Assembly: GCA_009693335.1 (NCBI GenBank)
Contig: SHXK01000001.1
Coordinates: 1,246-65,245 of the forward strand
Length of the DNA: 64,000 nt
Direction: 5' to 3'
DNA from: Betaproteobacteria bacterium
Lineage (GTDB): Bacteria > Pseudomonadota > Gammaproteobacteria > Burkholderiales > SG8-39
The translations under genes were made by a program, and so were the position numbers. Position 1 is the first letter of the stretch. Every line of letters starts with the position of its first letter. Shown one piece after another: positions 12,292 through 22,836 of this stretch. A model generated the notes under the pieces. That model was not told the DNA's origin and did no database searches. It worked only from the letters and a program-made list of their open reading frames with translations.

Positions 12292-13739
12292 CGCTGCCCC
12301 CGGCGAACGAGCGCCGTGTCGGCAATCGCCGCATCAGAGAACGGCTGTTTGCGAGCGCCGATCTCCTGGGTGTGCTCATGGCCTTTGCCCGCAATCAGCA
12401 CCACATCGGCGTCAGCAGCTGCTGCAATCGCGGCTTCGATGGCTTGGGCGCGATCGACCTCCAGCACGCACTGGCCCGCAATACCGCTGCGGATCTGCTC
12501 CAAGATGGCCAGCGGATCTTCGCCACGCGGGTTGTCGGAGGTCAGCACCACACCATCGGCGAGCGCTGCCGCGACCCTGCCCATCACCGGGCGCTTGGCC
12601 GCATCGCGTCCGCCGCCGGCGCCGAACACCACGACCAGCCGCCCGCCGCGCGCCTGCGCCACCGGGCGCAGCGAACGCAGGACCTGCTCGAGGGCATCAG
12701 GGGTATGCGCGAAATCCACCACCACCAGCGGGCGACCTGCTTGCGCCCCGATTCTCTGCATGCGGCCCGGGATCGCAGGCAAGGTCTCGAGGAGCTTCAC
12801 ACCTTCCTCGAAGCCTATGCCTTTCGCCAACAGGCAGCCCAGCACGCCGAGCGCATTAGCGATGTTGAAGCGCCCGAGCTGCGGGATGCTGGCGGTGGCC
12901 TCGCCCCAGCTGGAGCGGATGCGTATGCGTTCAGCCTCCGGCTCGCTGGCGCAGAGAAACTCTTTGGACTCTCCGGCAAGCTTGCCGGCCTCCCCAGCAA
13001 ACTTGCCGGAAGAAGAAATGCCATAGCCAATCGTGCGCACCCCGCGTGCGGCCAGGCTTTGCGCCAGCTGCACACCGAAGGCGTCGTCCAGATTCAGCAC
13101 CGCAGTTTGCAGGCCGGGCATATCGAACAAGCGCGCCTTGGCCTGCCCGTAAGCTGCCATGCTGCCGTGGTAGTCGAGATGGTCGTGCGTGAGGTTGGTA
13201 AAGAGGGCGCAGTCAAAGGCCACAGCGTGCACGCGCCCCTGCTCGAGGCCGTGCGAGGACACTTCCATCGCCACTGCGCTGGCGCCGGCGGACTTGAATT
13301 CCGCCAACCAGCGATGCACCTCGAGCGCATCCGGCGTGGTATTCGAATGCTCGCCAAGAGAACCTGGAAAACCGCTGCCCAGAGTGCCGATCACGCCGGT
13401 CCTGATTTCTTTCAAAGACAGAACATGGGCCAGCCAGTGCGAGCACGAGGTCTTGCCGTTGGTACCGGTGATGCCGCACATCCACAGCGATTCGGACGGC
13501 CGGCCGTAGAACGCATGCGCCAGGTAACCGGCCTGCGCTTTCAGGTCCTTGACGCCGGCGTTTGGTATTTTCCAGCCGTCGTTCCAGGCAAAGCCTTCGC
13601 TCTCCCAGAGGACCGCCGCGCAGCCGCGCTCCATCGCCTGTGCGACGTAGTGCCGGCCGTCGGCCGCCTCGCCCGGCCAGGCGAAGAAAGCCGCAGCCGG
13701 TGCCGCGCGTCGGCTGTCGGAGGTCAGACGTTCGATCAC
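12288..13739 (-). CDS. murE: UDP-MurNAc-L-Ala-D-Glu--2,6-diaminopimelate ligase
   Basis: 483-aa ORF with GITGTNGKTS. The track start at 13739 is a GTG only 5 codons before the conserved TSDSR motif, so the true start may be upstream (see finding on 13739-13792). The 3' end is firm. Confidence 0.88.
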   Translation of the reverse strand: MIERLTSDSRRAAPAAAFFAWPGEAADGRHYVAQAMERGCAAVLWESEGFAWNDGWKIPNAGVKDLKAQAGYLAHAFYGRPSESLWMCGITGTNGKTSCSHWLAHVLSLKEIRTGVIGTLGSGFPGSLGEHSNTTPDALEVHRWLAEFKSAGASAVAMEVSSHGLEQGRVHAVAFDCALFTNLTHDHLDYHGSMAAYGQAKARLFDMPGLQTAVLNLDDAFGVQLAQSLAARGVRTIGYGISSSGKFAGEAGKLAGESKEFLCASEPEAERIRIRSSWGEATASIPQLGRFNIANALGVLGCLLAKGIGFEEGVKLLETLPAIPGRMQRIGAQAGRPLVVVDFAHTPDALEQVLRSLRPVAQARGGRLVVVFGAGGGRDAAKRPVMGRVAAALADGVVLTSDNPRGEDPLAILEQIRSGIAGQCVLEVDRAQAIEAAIAAAADADVVLIAGKGHEHTQEIGARKQPFSDAAIADTALVRRGQR

Positions 13740-13815
13740 CGCCCCTTGGCTCGCCAGCAGCGTGAACAGGTCGCCGACCAGAGGGCCTCCTTGAGGACAT
13801 GGAAAATTTCACGCA

Positions 13816-15543
13816 TCAGCTGTTCTCCTTCGCTACTTCGCCCTCGCCCGGCATCTCGATGGGCGACAGCGGCGCGTCATAGGACACCCCGAGCAGGCGC
13901 AGCGCGCCCTGCATGACCTGGGAAAACACCGGCGCCGCCACCTGGCCGCCGTAGTACTGGCCGGCCGAGGGTTCATCCAGCATGACGGCGATCACCAGGC
14001 GTGGATCTGACACCGGCGCGAAACCAACGAATGACGAGATGTACTTGCGCGCCGCGTAGCTGCCGTTTTCCAGCTTGTGCGCGGTGCCGGTCTTGCCGCC
14101 CACACGCCAGCCGACGATGCGCGCTTGCGGCGCGGTGCCGCCTGGCTGCACGGCGGCTTCCAACATGTCGCGCAGCGCGCGCGCCACTTCCGGCGAGAAC
14201 ACGCGCTTGCCTTCGGTGGGCACGCCGGTCTTCACCAGCGACAGGGGCGCAAGCTCGCCGTCGCGCGCGAACACGGTATAGGCGCGCGCCAGCTGGATCA
14301 GGCTGACCGAGATGCCGTGGCCGTAGGCCATGGTCGCTTGCTCCACCGGACGCCAGGTTTTCGCTTCGCGTACGCGGCCGTTAACCTCGCCGGGAAACCC
14401 CAGCCCTGGCGCATTGCCGAAGCCCACGCGCTTGAACATGCCGTGCATCTCCTCGCGCGGCATCGAGAGCGCGATCTTCGCCGCGCCGACATTGGAGGAT
14501 TTCTGGATCACCTGCGCCACGCTCATCGCGCCGCCCGGATGGGCATCGTGGATGGTGCGGCCACCGATCGTCAGCGTGCCAGGCGCGGTCTGGATCACGG
14601 TCTGCGGCGTGACCAACCCCAGCTCCATGGCGAGCCCGACCGTAAAGGGCTTCAGCGTGGAGCCGGGCTCAAAAGTATCGGTGATCACGCGGTTGCGCAG
14701 TTGCGCGCCGGTCATCCGTGCGCGGTTGTTCGGGTTGTAGGTGGGCAGGTTGGCGAGTGCCAGCACTTCGCCCGTGCGCACCTCGAGCACCACGATCGCG
14801 CCGGCCTTGGCCTTGTGCGCTTCCACCGCTGCCTTCAGCGCACCGAAAGCCAGATTCTGGATCTTGCCGTCGATGGCGAGAGCCAGGTCGCGCCCGTCCT
14901 GCGCAGGGCGAATCAATTCGACATCCTCGACGATGCGTTGGCGCCGGTCCTGGATCACGCGGCGGCTACCGACGGCGCCAGCGAGTTGCGCCTGCTGGGC
15001 AAGCTCGATGCCTTCCTGGCCCACGCCATCCACGCTGGTGAAGCCGATCAGGTGCGCCATGCTCTCGCCGCCCGGGTAGTAGCGGCGGGATTCGTTTTTC
15101 TGCTGCAGGCCCGGGATGCCCAGCTCGACGACGCGCGCTGCGGTCGCGGGGGGAAGCTGGCGCTTCAGATAGACGTATTTGCGCTCTGCTTCCGCGAGCT
15201 TGCGCGCAAGCTCGTGCGGCTCTAGCGACAGCAGCGCGGCCAAACTGGCCAGTTGCGCGGGAGTCGCATGCACGCCCCCCGGGATCACCTCCACCGCTTT
15301 CACCGGCGTCGAGATGGCGAGCGCCTCGCCGTTGCGGTCCACGATACGCCCGCGTGTGGCCGGCACGTCCAGTACGCGCGTGTAGCGCGCTTCGCCCTTG
15401 CCCTGCAGGAAACCGGTGTTCATCGACTGCAGGTAGACCGAGCGGCCGGCCAACACCACGAATGCGGCCAGCAGCACGACGAGCGTCAGGCGCGCACGCC
15501 ACACTGGCAGCCGAATCATCATTGGCACGCTGGCGGCGCTCAC
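13816..15543 (-). CDS. ftsI: Peptidoglycan D,D-transpeptidase FtsI (PBP3)
   Basis: 575-aa ORF with an N-terminal membrane anchor and the class B PBP motifs STLKPF (SxxK), SSN and KTGT. Confidence 0.93.
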   Translation of the reverse strand: MSAASVPMMIRLPVWRARLTLVVLLAAFVVLAGRSVYLQSMNTGFLQGKGEARYTRVLDVPATRGRIVDRNGEALAISTPVKAVEVIPGGVHATPAQLASLAALLSLEPHELARKLAEAERKYVYLKRQLPPATAARVVELGIPGLQQKNESRRYYPGGESMAHLIGFTSVDGVGQEGIELAQQAQLAGAVGSRRVIQDRRQRIVEDVELIRPAQDGRDLALAIDGKIQNLAFGALKAAVEAHKAKAGAIVVLEVRTGEVLALANLPTYNPNNRARMTGAQLRNRVITDTFEPGSTLKPFTVGLAMELGLVTPQTVIQTAPGTLTIGGRTIHDAHPGGAMSVAQVIQKSSNVGAAKIALSMPREEMHGMFKRVGFGNAPGLGFPGEVNGRVREAKTWRPVEQATMAYGHGISVSLIQLARAYTVFARDGELAPLSLVKTGVPTEGKRVFSPEVARALRDMLEAAVQPGGTAPQARIVGWRVGGKTGTAHKLENGSYAARKYISSFVGFAPVSDPRLVIAVMLDEPSAGQYYGGQVAAPVFSQVMQGALRLLGVSYDAPLSPIEMPGEGEVAKENS

Positions 15544-15818
15544 GGCCTGGCCTCACCCTTGACTGCAAGCATGCGCACCCGGCGTGGGTCGGGCGCGCGC
15601 ATGGCGAGCGTTCCGGTGGCGATCTTCTCGACGCGCGCATGCAGGCCCCAGGTGCTCGATTCGAGCTGCAGCTGGCCGAACTCGACCTCCAGCGCGCGGG
15701 CCCGCTCCTGCTCGCGCTCCAACCCGGTAAACAGCTTCCTCGACTCGTGTTGAGAAGTCACGAGCCCGAGCGCGCAGACGATGAGAACCAGGAGGAGGAG
15801 GAGGCTCAGCTTCGCCAC
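15540..15818 (-). CDS. ftsL: Cell division protein FtsL
   Basis: 92-aa ORF with one TM helix ([17 protein letters not shown]) followed by a coiled-coil-like region. 4-bp overlap with ftsI. Assignment relies on position between rsmH and ftsI. Confidence 0.85.
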   Translation of the reverse strand: MAKLSLLLLLVLIVCALGLVTSQHESRKLFTGLEREQERARALEVEFGQLQLESSTWGLHARVEKIATGTLAMRAPDPRRVRMLAVKGEARP

Positions 15819-16825
15819 GCGTCGGGCCCGTGTGCGGAAAATGCACGCTGCAAAATCGATGCATCAAGAGTTGCGTTGCTACGTTCAGCGGCGCGCAGGG
15901 TCGCGCTGCGCGCACGCGGGTTGGCCGCGACTTCGGCCTCCGAGGCGCGCACTGCCTTGCCCAGGATTCTGAGCGGCGGTTGTGGCAGATCCCGGGCACG
16001 AATCGGCAAATCCGCGGGCAGGTTGTCCGCGGCGCAGGCGCGCAGAAAGCGCTTCACCAGCCGGTCCTCCAATGAATGAAAAGCGATCACCACCAGCCTG
16101 GCCTCGGGGGCGAGCTGCGCGGTGGCCTGCGGCAACATCATCGTGATTTCCTCAAGCTCCTGATTGACGAGAATCCGAAGAGCCTGAAAGGTGCGCGTCG
16201 CCGGATTCTGGCCAGCCTCGCGTGTGCGGACCGCCGTAGCCACGACAGCGGCAAGTTGCTCGGTGCGGAGGAGTGGCTCGCGTGCCCGAGCAGCAACAAT
16301 CGCCTTTGCAACCTGTTTAGCAAACCGTTCTTCACCATAGCTGGCGATCGCCTCCCGGATTTGTTGTTCTGTGGCGCTGGCCAGCCAATCGGCGGCAGAA
16401 ATACCGCGGCTCGGATCCATGCGCATGTCGAGCGGCCCGTCGGTGCGGAACGAGAAGCCGCGCGTTGGGTCTTCGATTTGCGGCGACGACACGCCGAGAT
16501 CCGCCAGCACGCCATGGACCAGGGACGCACCCAGCCGCTTCAGATGCGGGGCTAGCACCTGCGCCAGCTCGCTGAAGGGTGCGTGCTCGATGACGAAGCG
16601 CGGGTCCTTGATCTCGCGCGCGGCCGCCACCGCCGCAGGATCGCGATCGAGCGCGATCAGCCGGCCCGCAGGCCCGAGACGCTCCAGAATTGCGCGGCTG
16701 TGGCCCCCGCGACCGAAAGTGGCATCTACGTAGATGCCATCGGCACGGATGGCGAGGGCGGCGAGCGCCTCTGCGAGAAGGACAGGGCGATGCGCAGTGG
16801 ACTTGCCGATCGGTGCTGCGCTCAT
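15806..16825 (-). CDS. rsmH: 16S rRNA (cytosine1402-N4)-methyltransferase RsmH (MraW)
   Basis: 339-aa ORF with [13 protein letters not shown]...[12 protein letters not shown], the SAM-binding signature of RsmH. Confidence 0.95.
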   Translation of the reverse strand: MSAAPIGKSTAHRPVLLAEALAALAIRADGIYVDATFGRGGHSRAILERLGPAGRLIALDRDPAAVAAAREIKDPRFVIEHAPFSELAQVLAPHLKRLGASLVHGVLADLGVSSPQIEDPTRGFSFRTDGPLDMRMDPSRGISAADWLASATEQQIREAIASYGEERFAKQVAKAIVAARAREPLLRTEQLAAVVATAVRTREAGQNPATRTFQALRILVNQELEEITMMLPQATAQLAPEARLVVIAFHSLEDRLVKRFLRACAADNLPADLPIRARDLPQPPLRILGKAVRASEAEVAANPRARSATLRAAERSNATLDASILQRAFSAHGPDAWRS

Positions 16826-16840
16826 CGTTGGCGCCCGCCG

Positions 16841-17299
16841 TCACAGCGAGAAGTCCTCCATGCCCGGAGGCGGCGAACCAGAAACAGACAGCGCGGCGGC
16901 GAGCTTGGCGTTCCAGACGCCAGCATCCCAAAGCTCGAAGTAGTGACCCTGGCCGACCAGCATCGTCTCGCGCTCGAGCTTGGCGTGCAGCCTCAAGCCG
17001 CTCGACACCAGCACCCGGCCCGAGGCGTCGGGGGTGATGTGCTCCTCGAAGCCCAGCAGCAAGCGCTTCCACCAGCTCGCTTGCGGATGAAAACTGGGGA
17101 ATTTCTCGACTTGGGAACGCACACGCTCCCAGGACAATTCCGGATAAATGAGCGCACAACCGTCGGGATGCGCACTCAGCACCAGCGTCTTGCTGGTGGC
17201 CACCAGTGCGTCGCGATGGCGCGTCGGAATCGCCAAACGGCCCTTGGCGTCCAGAGTGATGACCGAAGCGCCGTGGAACGCACTGCCCGTGCTGCCCAT
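16841..17299 (-). CDS. mraZ: Transcriptional regulator MraZ
   Basis: Duplicated SpoVT/AbrB-like MraZ sequence (GASVITLDAKGRLAIPTRHRDAL). Start placed at the first ATG (17299), preceded by GGAGGGGGAGAAG. The track start at 17335 is a TTG 12 codons upstream. Confidence 0.9.
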   Translation of the reverse strand: MGSTGSAFHGASVITLDAKGRLAIPTRHRDALVATSKTLVLSAHPDGCALIYPELSWERVRSQVEKFPSFHPQASWWKRLLLGFEEHITPDASGRVLVSSGLRLHAKLERETMLVGQGHYFELWDAGVWNAKLAAALSVSGSPPPGMEDFSL

Positions 17300-17362
17300 C
17301 TTCTCCCCCTCCGACTCGGATTGGTCAAAACCCAAGGCCCAACATCGTTATAGGCTTATTAA

Positions 17363-17387
17363 GCCACTTTTTTCTACCTTTTCCCAC
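17363..17387 (-). promoter_or_regulatory. Putative MraZ operator: three direct repeats at 10-bp spacing
   Basis: The minus strand reads AAAGTGGGAAAAGGTAGAAAAAAGTGGC. Boxes GTGGG (17387-17383), GTAGA (17377-17373) and GTGGC (17367-17363) have exactly 10-bp periodicity and start at the edge of the predicted -10. Confidence 0.5.
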
Positions 17388-17414
17388 TTTAAGCCAAAGG
17401 ATGTTCCAGGTCAA
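17386..17414 (-). promoter_or_regulatory. Predicted sigma70-type dcw promoter (Pmra): TTGACC-N17-TAAAGT
   Basis: On the minus strand the -35 TTGACC is at 17414-17409, followed by a 17-nt spacer and the -10 TAAAGT at 17391-17386. It lies about 90 nt upstream of the mraZ ATG in an AT-rich gap. Sequence match only. Confidence 0.5.
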
Positions 17415-17655
17415 GTTCCAGAATTGGTTTTTCTTCAGGCAGGACAAACACTTAGCTGAATTATTCGAGGCCGATTCTTGTTTTTAATTATTCATAAATA
17501 TCAATTTCTTATGCGCGCCATTCAAAGTTCATTCTCATAAATCCGAAACCCCTACTTCATTGTTAGCAATCACTCACACAAAAAAAGTCTGAAAAGCCGG
17601 CTGAAGTCCCAATGAGGCGATAATTCGGGCCCCTCGCGCACTGTTTTTCAAACCA

Positions 17656-18321
17656 ATGATCAACAAAATCTTTGCCACACCAGAAGCTGCACTGGCAGAC
17701 GTGCCCGACGGCGCCACCGTGATGATTAGTGGCTTCGGTGGTGCGGGCATGCCCGCGCTACTCATCGACGGTTTGATTGCGCAGGGCGCCACGAATCTGA
17801 CCGTGGTGAACAACAACGCCGGCAACGCCGATAGCGGGTTGGCGGCGTTGATTGGCGCAGGCCGCGTGCGCAAGATTCTCTGTACCTTCCCGCGTCAGGC
17901 GGATTCCTGGCACTTCGACAAGCTTTATCGCGCCGGGAAACTCGAACTGGAGTTAGTGCCACAGGGCACCCTCGCTGAGCGCATCCGCGCCGCGGGCGCA
18001 GGCATCGGCGCTTTTTTCACGCCCACCGCTTTCGGCACCCGGCTTGCCGAGGGCAAGGAAACGCGCCACATCAACGGCCGCGACTACGTGCTCGAGTATC
18101 CGATCCACGCCGATTACGCCTTGCTCAAGGCCGACCGCGCCGACCGCTGGGGCAATCTCAGTTACCGCAAGACGGCGCGCAACTTCGCGCCCATCATGGC
18201 CTCGGCGGCGAAATGCACCGTGGTGCAGGTGCGCGAAACCGTGGCGCTGGGCGAACTCGATCCCGAGACCGTGGTGACCCCGGGAATATTCGTCCAGCGG
18301 GTTATAAAATCCCCTTCATGA
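17656..18321 (+). CDS. Class I 3-oxoacid CoA-transferase, subunit A
   Basis: 221-aa ORF (DGATVMISGFGGAGMP...NNAGN...) typical of the ScoA/AtoD/PcaI family. ATGA overlap with subunit B. Confidence 0.88.
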   Translation: MINKIFATPEAALADVPDGATVMISGFGGAGMPALLIDGLIAQGATNLTVVNNNAGNADSGLAALIGAGRVRKILCTFPRQADSWHFDKLYRAGKLELELVPQGTLAERIRAAGAGIGAFFTPTAFGTRLAEGKETRHINGRDYVLEYPIHADYALLKADRADRWGNLSYRKTARNFAPIMASAAKCTVVQVRETVALGELDPETVVTPGIFVQRVIKSPS

Positions 18322-18968
18322 AAAAGTTCGACCGCAAGCAGATGGCGGCGCGCGTCGCGCAGGACATTCCCGAAGGCGCGTATGTGAATCTCGGCATCGG
18401 TCTGCCGACACTGGTCGCCGACTACCTGCCCAAGGGACGCGAAATCATTCTGCACAGCGAGAATGGCGTCCTCGGCATCGGCCCGCGCCCGCCCGAGGGC
18501 GAAGAGGACGAGGACCTGATCAACGCCGGCAAGGAGCCGGTGACGCTGCTGGCTGGCGGCTCGTATTTTCATCACGCCGACTCGTTTGCGATGATTCGCG
18601 GACGCCACCTCGATTACTGCGTACTGGGCGCGTTCCAGGTATCTGCCGCGGGCGACCTCGCTAACTGGCACACCGGCGCGCCGGATGCGATCCCCGCAGT
18701 CGGCGGCGCCATGGACCTCGCGGTCGGCGCCAAGCAGGTGCTGGTGATGATGGAGCATCTCACCAAGGACGGCAAAAGCAAGCTCGTCGAGCGCTGCAGC
18801 TACCCGCTCACCGGCGCGCGCTGCGTCAACCGCATCTACACTGATCTGGCAGTGATCGACGTCACGCCCGACGGCCTGCACCTGGTGGAGATCGTCGCCG
18901 AAGACCTGTCTTTCGACGAGCTGCAAAAGTTAAGTGGTGTACCGCTGCGCTATCGTGCAGCCGCGTAG
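18318..18968 (+). CDS. Class I 3-oxoacid CoA-transferase, subunit B
   Basis: Real start is [30 protein letters not shown] (ATG at 18318) within the 251-aa track ORF. The SENG motif (HSENGVLG) carries the catalytic Glu of B subunits. Confidence 0.88.
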   Translation: MKKFDRKQMAARVAQDIPEGAYVNLGIGLPTLVADYLPKGREIILHSENGVLGIGPRPPEGEEDEDLINAGKEPVTLLAGGSYFHHADSFAMIRGRHLDYCVLGAFQVSAAGDLANWHTGAPDAIPAVGGAMDLAVGAKQVLVMMEHLTKDGKSKLVERCSYPLTGARCVNRIYTDLAVIDVTPDGLHLVEIVAEDLSFDELQKLSGVPLRYRAAA

Positions 18969-18984
18969 CCCAGGAGGAGAGGTA

Positions 18985-20712
18985 ATGCCAAGAAAAAAAC
19001 CTGAAGAACTCCGTTCGCACCGCTGGTTCGGCGTCAAGGATCTGCGCTCTTTCGGCCATCGCTCGCGCACCGCGCAGATGGGCTACGACCGCAGTGACTA
19101 CGCGGGCAAGCCCGTGATCGCCATCATCAACACCTGGTCGGACATCAACCACTGCCACAGCCACTTCAAGCAGCGCGTGGAGGAAGTCAAGCGCGGCATC
19201 TGGCAGGCCGGCGGCTTCCCGCTGGAAATGCCGGCGATGGCGCTGGCCGAAACCATGCAGAAGCCCACCACCATGATGTACCGCAACTTCCTCGCCATGG
19301 AAACCGAGGAGCTGCTGCGCTCCTACCCGGCCGACGGCTGCGTGCTGATGGGCGGCTGCGACAAGACCACGCCCGCGCTCATCATGGGCGCGACCAGCAT
19401 GAACCTGCCCTCGATCTACCTGCCCGCCGGCCCGATGCTGAACTCCCACTGGCGCGACCAGACGCTGGGCTCGGGATCCGACACCTGGAAATACTGGGAC
19501 GAACTGCGTGCCGGCCGCATCACCGAGCGCGATTGGCAGGACATCGAGGACACGATCGCGCGCTCGCCGGGCACCTGCATGACCATGGGCACCGCGGCCA
19601 CCATGATGTCGCTCGCCGAAGCGCTCGGCTTCACCCTCCCCGGCTACTCCTCGATCCCGGCGCCGGATTCGAACCATGCACGCATGGCGACGCTCACCGG
19701 CAAGCGCATCGTGGAAATGGTCTGGGAGGACCTGAAGCCGCGCGATTTCCTCTCCCAGGGCTCGTTCGACAACGCCATCACCACGCTGATGGCGATGGGC
19801 GGCTCGACCAACGCGATCGTGCACCTGGTGGCGATGGCGGGTCGCGCCGGCCTCGCCTTCCCGCTCGAGCGCTACAACGAGATTTCGACCAGGACCCCCG
19901 TGATCGCCAACGTGCGGCCCTCGGGCAGCCGCTACCTGATGGAGGACTTTTTCTATGCCGGGGGCCTGCGTGCTTTGCTTTTTCAGCTCAAGGATTTATT
20001 GGATTTGAACTGCAAAACCGTGAACGGCCGCACCCTCGGCGAGAACCTCGAGGGCGCCAAGGTCTGGAACGCCGACGTCATCCTGCCGCGCGACAAACCG
20101 CTGAAGGAATCGGGCGGCATCGTCATGCTGCGCGGCTCGCTGGCGCCCGACGGCGCAGTGATCAAGACCAGCGCCGCCGACCCCAAGCTGATGCAACACA
20201 CCGGTCGCGCGGTGGTGTTCGAGGATTACAACGACATGTCGGCGCGCATCGACCGCGACGATCTTGAGGTTGACGCGAATTCCGTGCTGGTGCTGAAAAT
20301 GTCGGGTCCGCTCGGCGGCCCGGGCTTTCCCGAGTGGGGCATGCTGCCGATGCCGAAGAAGCTCATCAAGCAGGGCATCAAGGACATGGTGCGGATTTCG
20401 GACGGCCGCATGAGCGGCACCAGCTACGGCACCTGCGTCCTGCATGTGGCGCCGGAGGCCTACGTCGGCGGTCCGCTCGCCTTCGTGCGCAACGGCGACT
20501 TGATCGAGCTGGATGTCGAGAAGCGCGCCCTCAATCTGAAGATTTCAGACGCCGAGATGGCGCAACGCAAGGCCGCCTGGCAGCGCCCACCGCTCAAATA
20601 CGAGCGCGGCTACGGCGCCATCTTCTCGCGCCACGTGAAGCAGGCCAACGAGGGCTGTGACTTCGATTTTCTCGAGGGCACTGCGCCCACCTCAGAGCCG
20701 GAGATCCACTAA
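18985..20712 (+). CDS. IlvD/Edd family dehydratase (sugar-acid/dihydroxy-acid dehydratase-like)
   Basis: Start at [16 protein letters not shown] (ATG at 18985, GGAGGAGAGG upstream). Fe-S ligand motifs GGCDKTTPA and [13 protein letters not shown] are present. Confidence 0.9.
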   Translation: MPRKKPEELRSHRWFGVKDLRSFGHRSRTAQMGYDRSDYAGKPVIAIINTWSDINHCHSHFKQRVEEVKRGIWQAGGFPLEMPAMALAETMQKPTTMMYRNFLAMETEELLRSYPADGCVLMGGCDKTTPALIMGATSMNLPSIYLPAGPMLNSHWRDQTLGSGSDTWKYWDELRAGRITERDWQDIEDTIARSPGTCMTMGTAATMMSLAEALGFTLPGYSSIPAPDSNHARMATLTGKRIVEMVWEDLKPRDFLSQGSFDNAITTLMAMGGSTNAIVHLVAMAGRAGLAFPLERYNEISTRTPVIANVRPSGSRYLMEDFFYAGGLRALLFQLKDLLDLNCKTVNGRTLGENLEGAKVWNADVILPRDKPLKESGGIVMLRGSLAPDGAVIKTSAADPKLMQHTGRAVVFEDYNDMSARIDRDDLEVDANSVLVLKMSGPLGGPGFPEWGMLPMPKKLIKQGIKDMVRISDGRMSGTSYGTCVLHVAPEAYVGGPLAFVRNGDLIELDVEKRALNLKISDAEMAQRKAAWQRPPLKYERGYGAIFSRHVKQANEGCDFDFLEGTAPTSEPEIH

Positions 20713-21776
20713 GCGTTCGCCAGCTTGTCGATGGCCTCGCGCTCGAGCTTCAACTTGGCGCCCGCAGCGATGATCTCTTCCCAAGTGTTCTGATCCACCG
20801 GGATGCCGTCGCGCTCCCGTTGCGCGCGGGTTTCCCTTTCCGGCTCGCCCGCGATGCGCACCTTGTCGAAGCCGGGCGCCACCGGCGACTTGCGCAGGGA
20901 TTCGAGGAAGGCGGTGGTTTCGGCGCCGAACACCTCCGCGGTGCCCATGCGCTGCGGGTCGATGAGGATCGTCAGCATGCCGTTCCAGACGCGTTTCTTG
21001 GAACGGTCGTCCGAATGCCAGGTGCCGCCGCCGGTGAGCGCGCCGCCCAGCAGCTCACAGACCACCGCCAGGCCGTAGCCCTTGTGCAGGCCGAAGGTAC
21101 GCAACGCGCCGAAGGGCTCAACCACACCGAATTTCGGATCCGGCGTGGGTTGTCCTTGATTGTCGATCAGCCAGTCGGGCGAGACTTTTTCGCGCTTATT
21201 GTGGGCAACACGGATCTTGCCCTGCGCCACGGCGCTGGTGGCCATGTCGAGGATAAACGGCGGCTGATTTGGGATCGGAATGCCCACGGTCATCGGATTT
21301 GTGCCAAAGCGCGCGTCGGCGCCGCCGAATGGGGCAACAATCGAGCGCGAAATGACATTGGTGAAATGCAACGAGATCAGGCCCGCCGCTACCGCCTGCT
21401 CGGCCCACTGGCCGATGCGGCACAGGTGGTGCGCGCGCCCCAGGCCCATCACGCACATGCCGTGCTGTTTTGCGCGCCCGATGCCGATCTCCATGGCTTC
21501 CAGGCCAATCACCTGACCGTAGCCCTGTTGACCGTCGAGCGAAATCATGGCGCCGCCGTCGAACTTGAATTGCGGATGCTGGTTCACCACCAGGCCGCCC
21601 TCCAGCAGCGACTCGATGTAGCGCGGAATCATGCCCACGCCGTGGGAATCATGGCCGGTGAGGTTGGCGGCGACCAGGTTCTCGGCGACGATTTTCGCTT
21701 CGCGCGCATCGCTGCCGCCGGCCCGCACAATTATTTCTATCGCTTTTCCTAAAGAATCTTTTTGATATAAAGGCAT
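20709..21776 (-). CDS. Ldh_2 family (malate/L-lactate/sulfolactate-type) dehydrogenase
   Basis: Real start is [14 protein letters not shown] (ATG at 21776) within the 402-aa track [15 protein letters not shown] and RIGQW motifs match the Ldh_2 family. Confidence 0.85.
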   Translation of the reverse strand: MPLYQKDSLGKAIEIIVRAGGSDAREAKIVAENLVAANLTGHDSHGVGMIPRYIESLLEGGLVVNQHPQFKFDGGAMISLDGQQGYGQVIGLEAMEIGIGRAKQHGMCVMGLGRAHHLCRIGQWAEQAVAAGLISLHFTNVISRSIVAPFGGADARFGTNPMTVGIPIPNQPPFILDMATSAVAQGKIRVAHNKREKVSPDWLIDNQGQPTPDPKFGVVEPFGALRTFGLHKGYGLAVVCELLGGALTGGGTWHSDDRSKKRVWNGMLTILIDPQRMGTAEVFGAETTAFLESLRKSPVAPGFDKVRIAGEPERETRAQRERDGIPVDQNTWEEIIAAGAKLKLEREAIDKLANA

Positions 21777-21859
21777 AAAAACGTCCAGAGGGGTTCCTTG
21801 CACAGGGGGAGCAAGTTTACAATGCCGCGCTCGGTCATCCACAGGCTCAGGGGAGAAAA

Positions 21860-22834
21860 ATGAAACGCATCGCCGCATTCGCCGCCACCTTAGTCGTGAC
21901 AGCCCTCGCCAGCGCACAGCCGGCGCAGGCCCAGCAGTACCCGAACAAGCCGATCCGCATCGTCGTGCCCTACGCGGCTGGCGGCACCTCGGACATCCTC
22001 GCCCGGCAGATCGGCCCGAAGCTGACCGAAGCCTGGAGCCAGCCGGTGATCGTGGAGAACCGGCCCGGTGCCAACGGCAATGTCGGCGCCGAGTTCGTCG
22101 CCAAGAGCGCGCCCGACGGCTACACGCTGCTGCTCACTGACTTGGGCGGCCTCGCCATCAGCGCCAGCGTTTACCCGAAACTGCCGTTCAACCCGGCTAA
22201 GGATTTCTCCCCGGTGGTGATGGTTTCGTATTCGCCGCATGTGCTGGCGGTAAATCCGGAGGTGCAGGTGAAGAACGTGCAGGAGTTGATCGCCATGGCC
22301 AAAGCGCACCCCGGCAAGCTCAACTTCGCCATCTCGGGAATCGGCGGCGCGCCGCAGTTGGCGGCCATCGAGTTCGCCCAGCGCACCGGCGTGCAGTGGA
22401 CCTATATTCCGTATAAGGGCGGCTCGGATGCCGTGACCGCCGTGGTAGGCGGCCAGGCGCACGTGCTGTTCAACGGCATGCTCGCCACCTGGCCTTCGGT
22501 CACGGGCGGCAGGCTGAAGGCACTGGCGATCTCCAGCGCGCAGCGTGTGCCCTCGGCAATGGACACCCCGACCGTCGCCGAGCAGGGCCTGTCCGGATTC
22601 GAGACTGGCTCTTTCCAGGGCATCGTCGGCGCTGCCGGCACGCCAAGCGCCACCGTGGCCAAGCTGAACGCCGAGCTGAGCAAAGCATTGAACGCTGCGG
22701 CTATGAAAGAACGTTTTGTGAAACTGGGCACCGAAGTTCGCACCAGCACGCCGGAGAGCCTCGGCGCCTGGATGCAGGCCGAGCAGGCGAAATGGGCCAA
22801 GGTGGTGAAGGAATCCGGCGCCAGGTTCGACTGA
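21860..22834 (+). CDS. Bug/TctC family periplasmic solute-binding protein (tripartite tricarboxylate transporter receptor)
   Basis: 324-aa ORF with a signal peptide (ALASAQPAQA), then YPNKPIRIVVPYAAGGTSD and NRPGANGNVG motifs. Confidence 0.92.
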   Translation: MKRIAAFAATLVVTALASAQPAQAQQYPNKPIRIVVPYAAGGTSDILARQIGPKLTEAWSQPVIVENRPGANGNVGAEFVAKSAPDGYTLLLTDLGGLAISASVYPKLPFNPAKDFSPVVMVSYSPHVLAVNPEVQVKNVQELIAMAKAHPGKLNFAISGIGGAPQLAAIEFAQRTGVQWTYIPYKGGSDAVTAVVGGQAHVLFNGMLATWPSVTGGRLKALAISSAQRVPSAMDTPTVAEQGLSGFETGSFQGIVGAAGTPSATVAKLNAELSKALNAAAMKERFVKLGTEVRTSTPESLGAWMQAEQAKWAKVVKESGARFD

Positions 22835-22836
22835 TC

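Noticed and set aside
11-15225. Many long plus-strand ORFs opposite the dcw genes (e.g. 11..733, 1076..2185, 5048..6493, 12048..13916, 14077..15225).
   Set aside because: These are typical shadow ORFs of a GC-rich genome, with Arg/Ala/Gly/Pro-rich low-complexity translations and no recognisable motifs. Each is fully covered by a conserved minus-strand gene with clear family signatures.
17300-17655. AT-rich 350-bp region considered as a genomic-island junction or small RNA gene.
   Set aside because: It is the divergent promoter region of the dcw cluster and the CoA-transferase gene. There is no tRNA, integrase or flanking direct repeats, and no stable terminator-bounded structure that would support an sRNA call.
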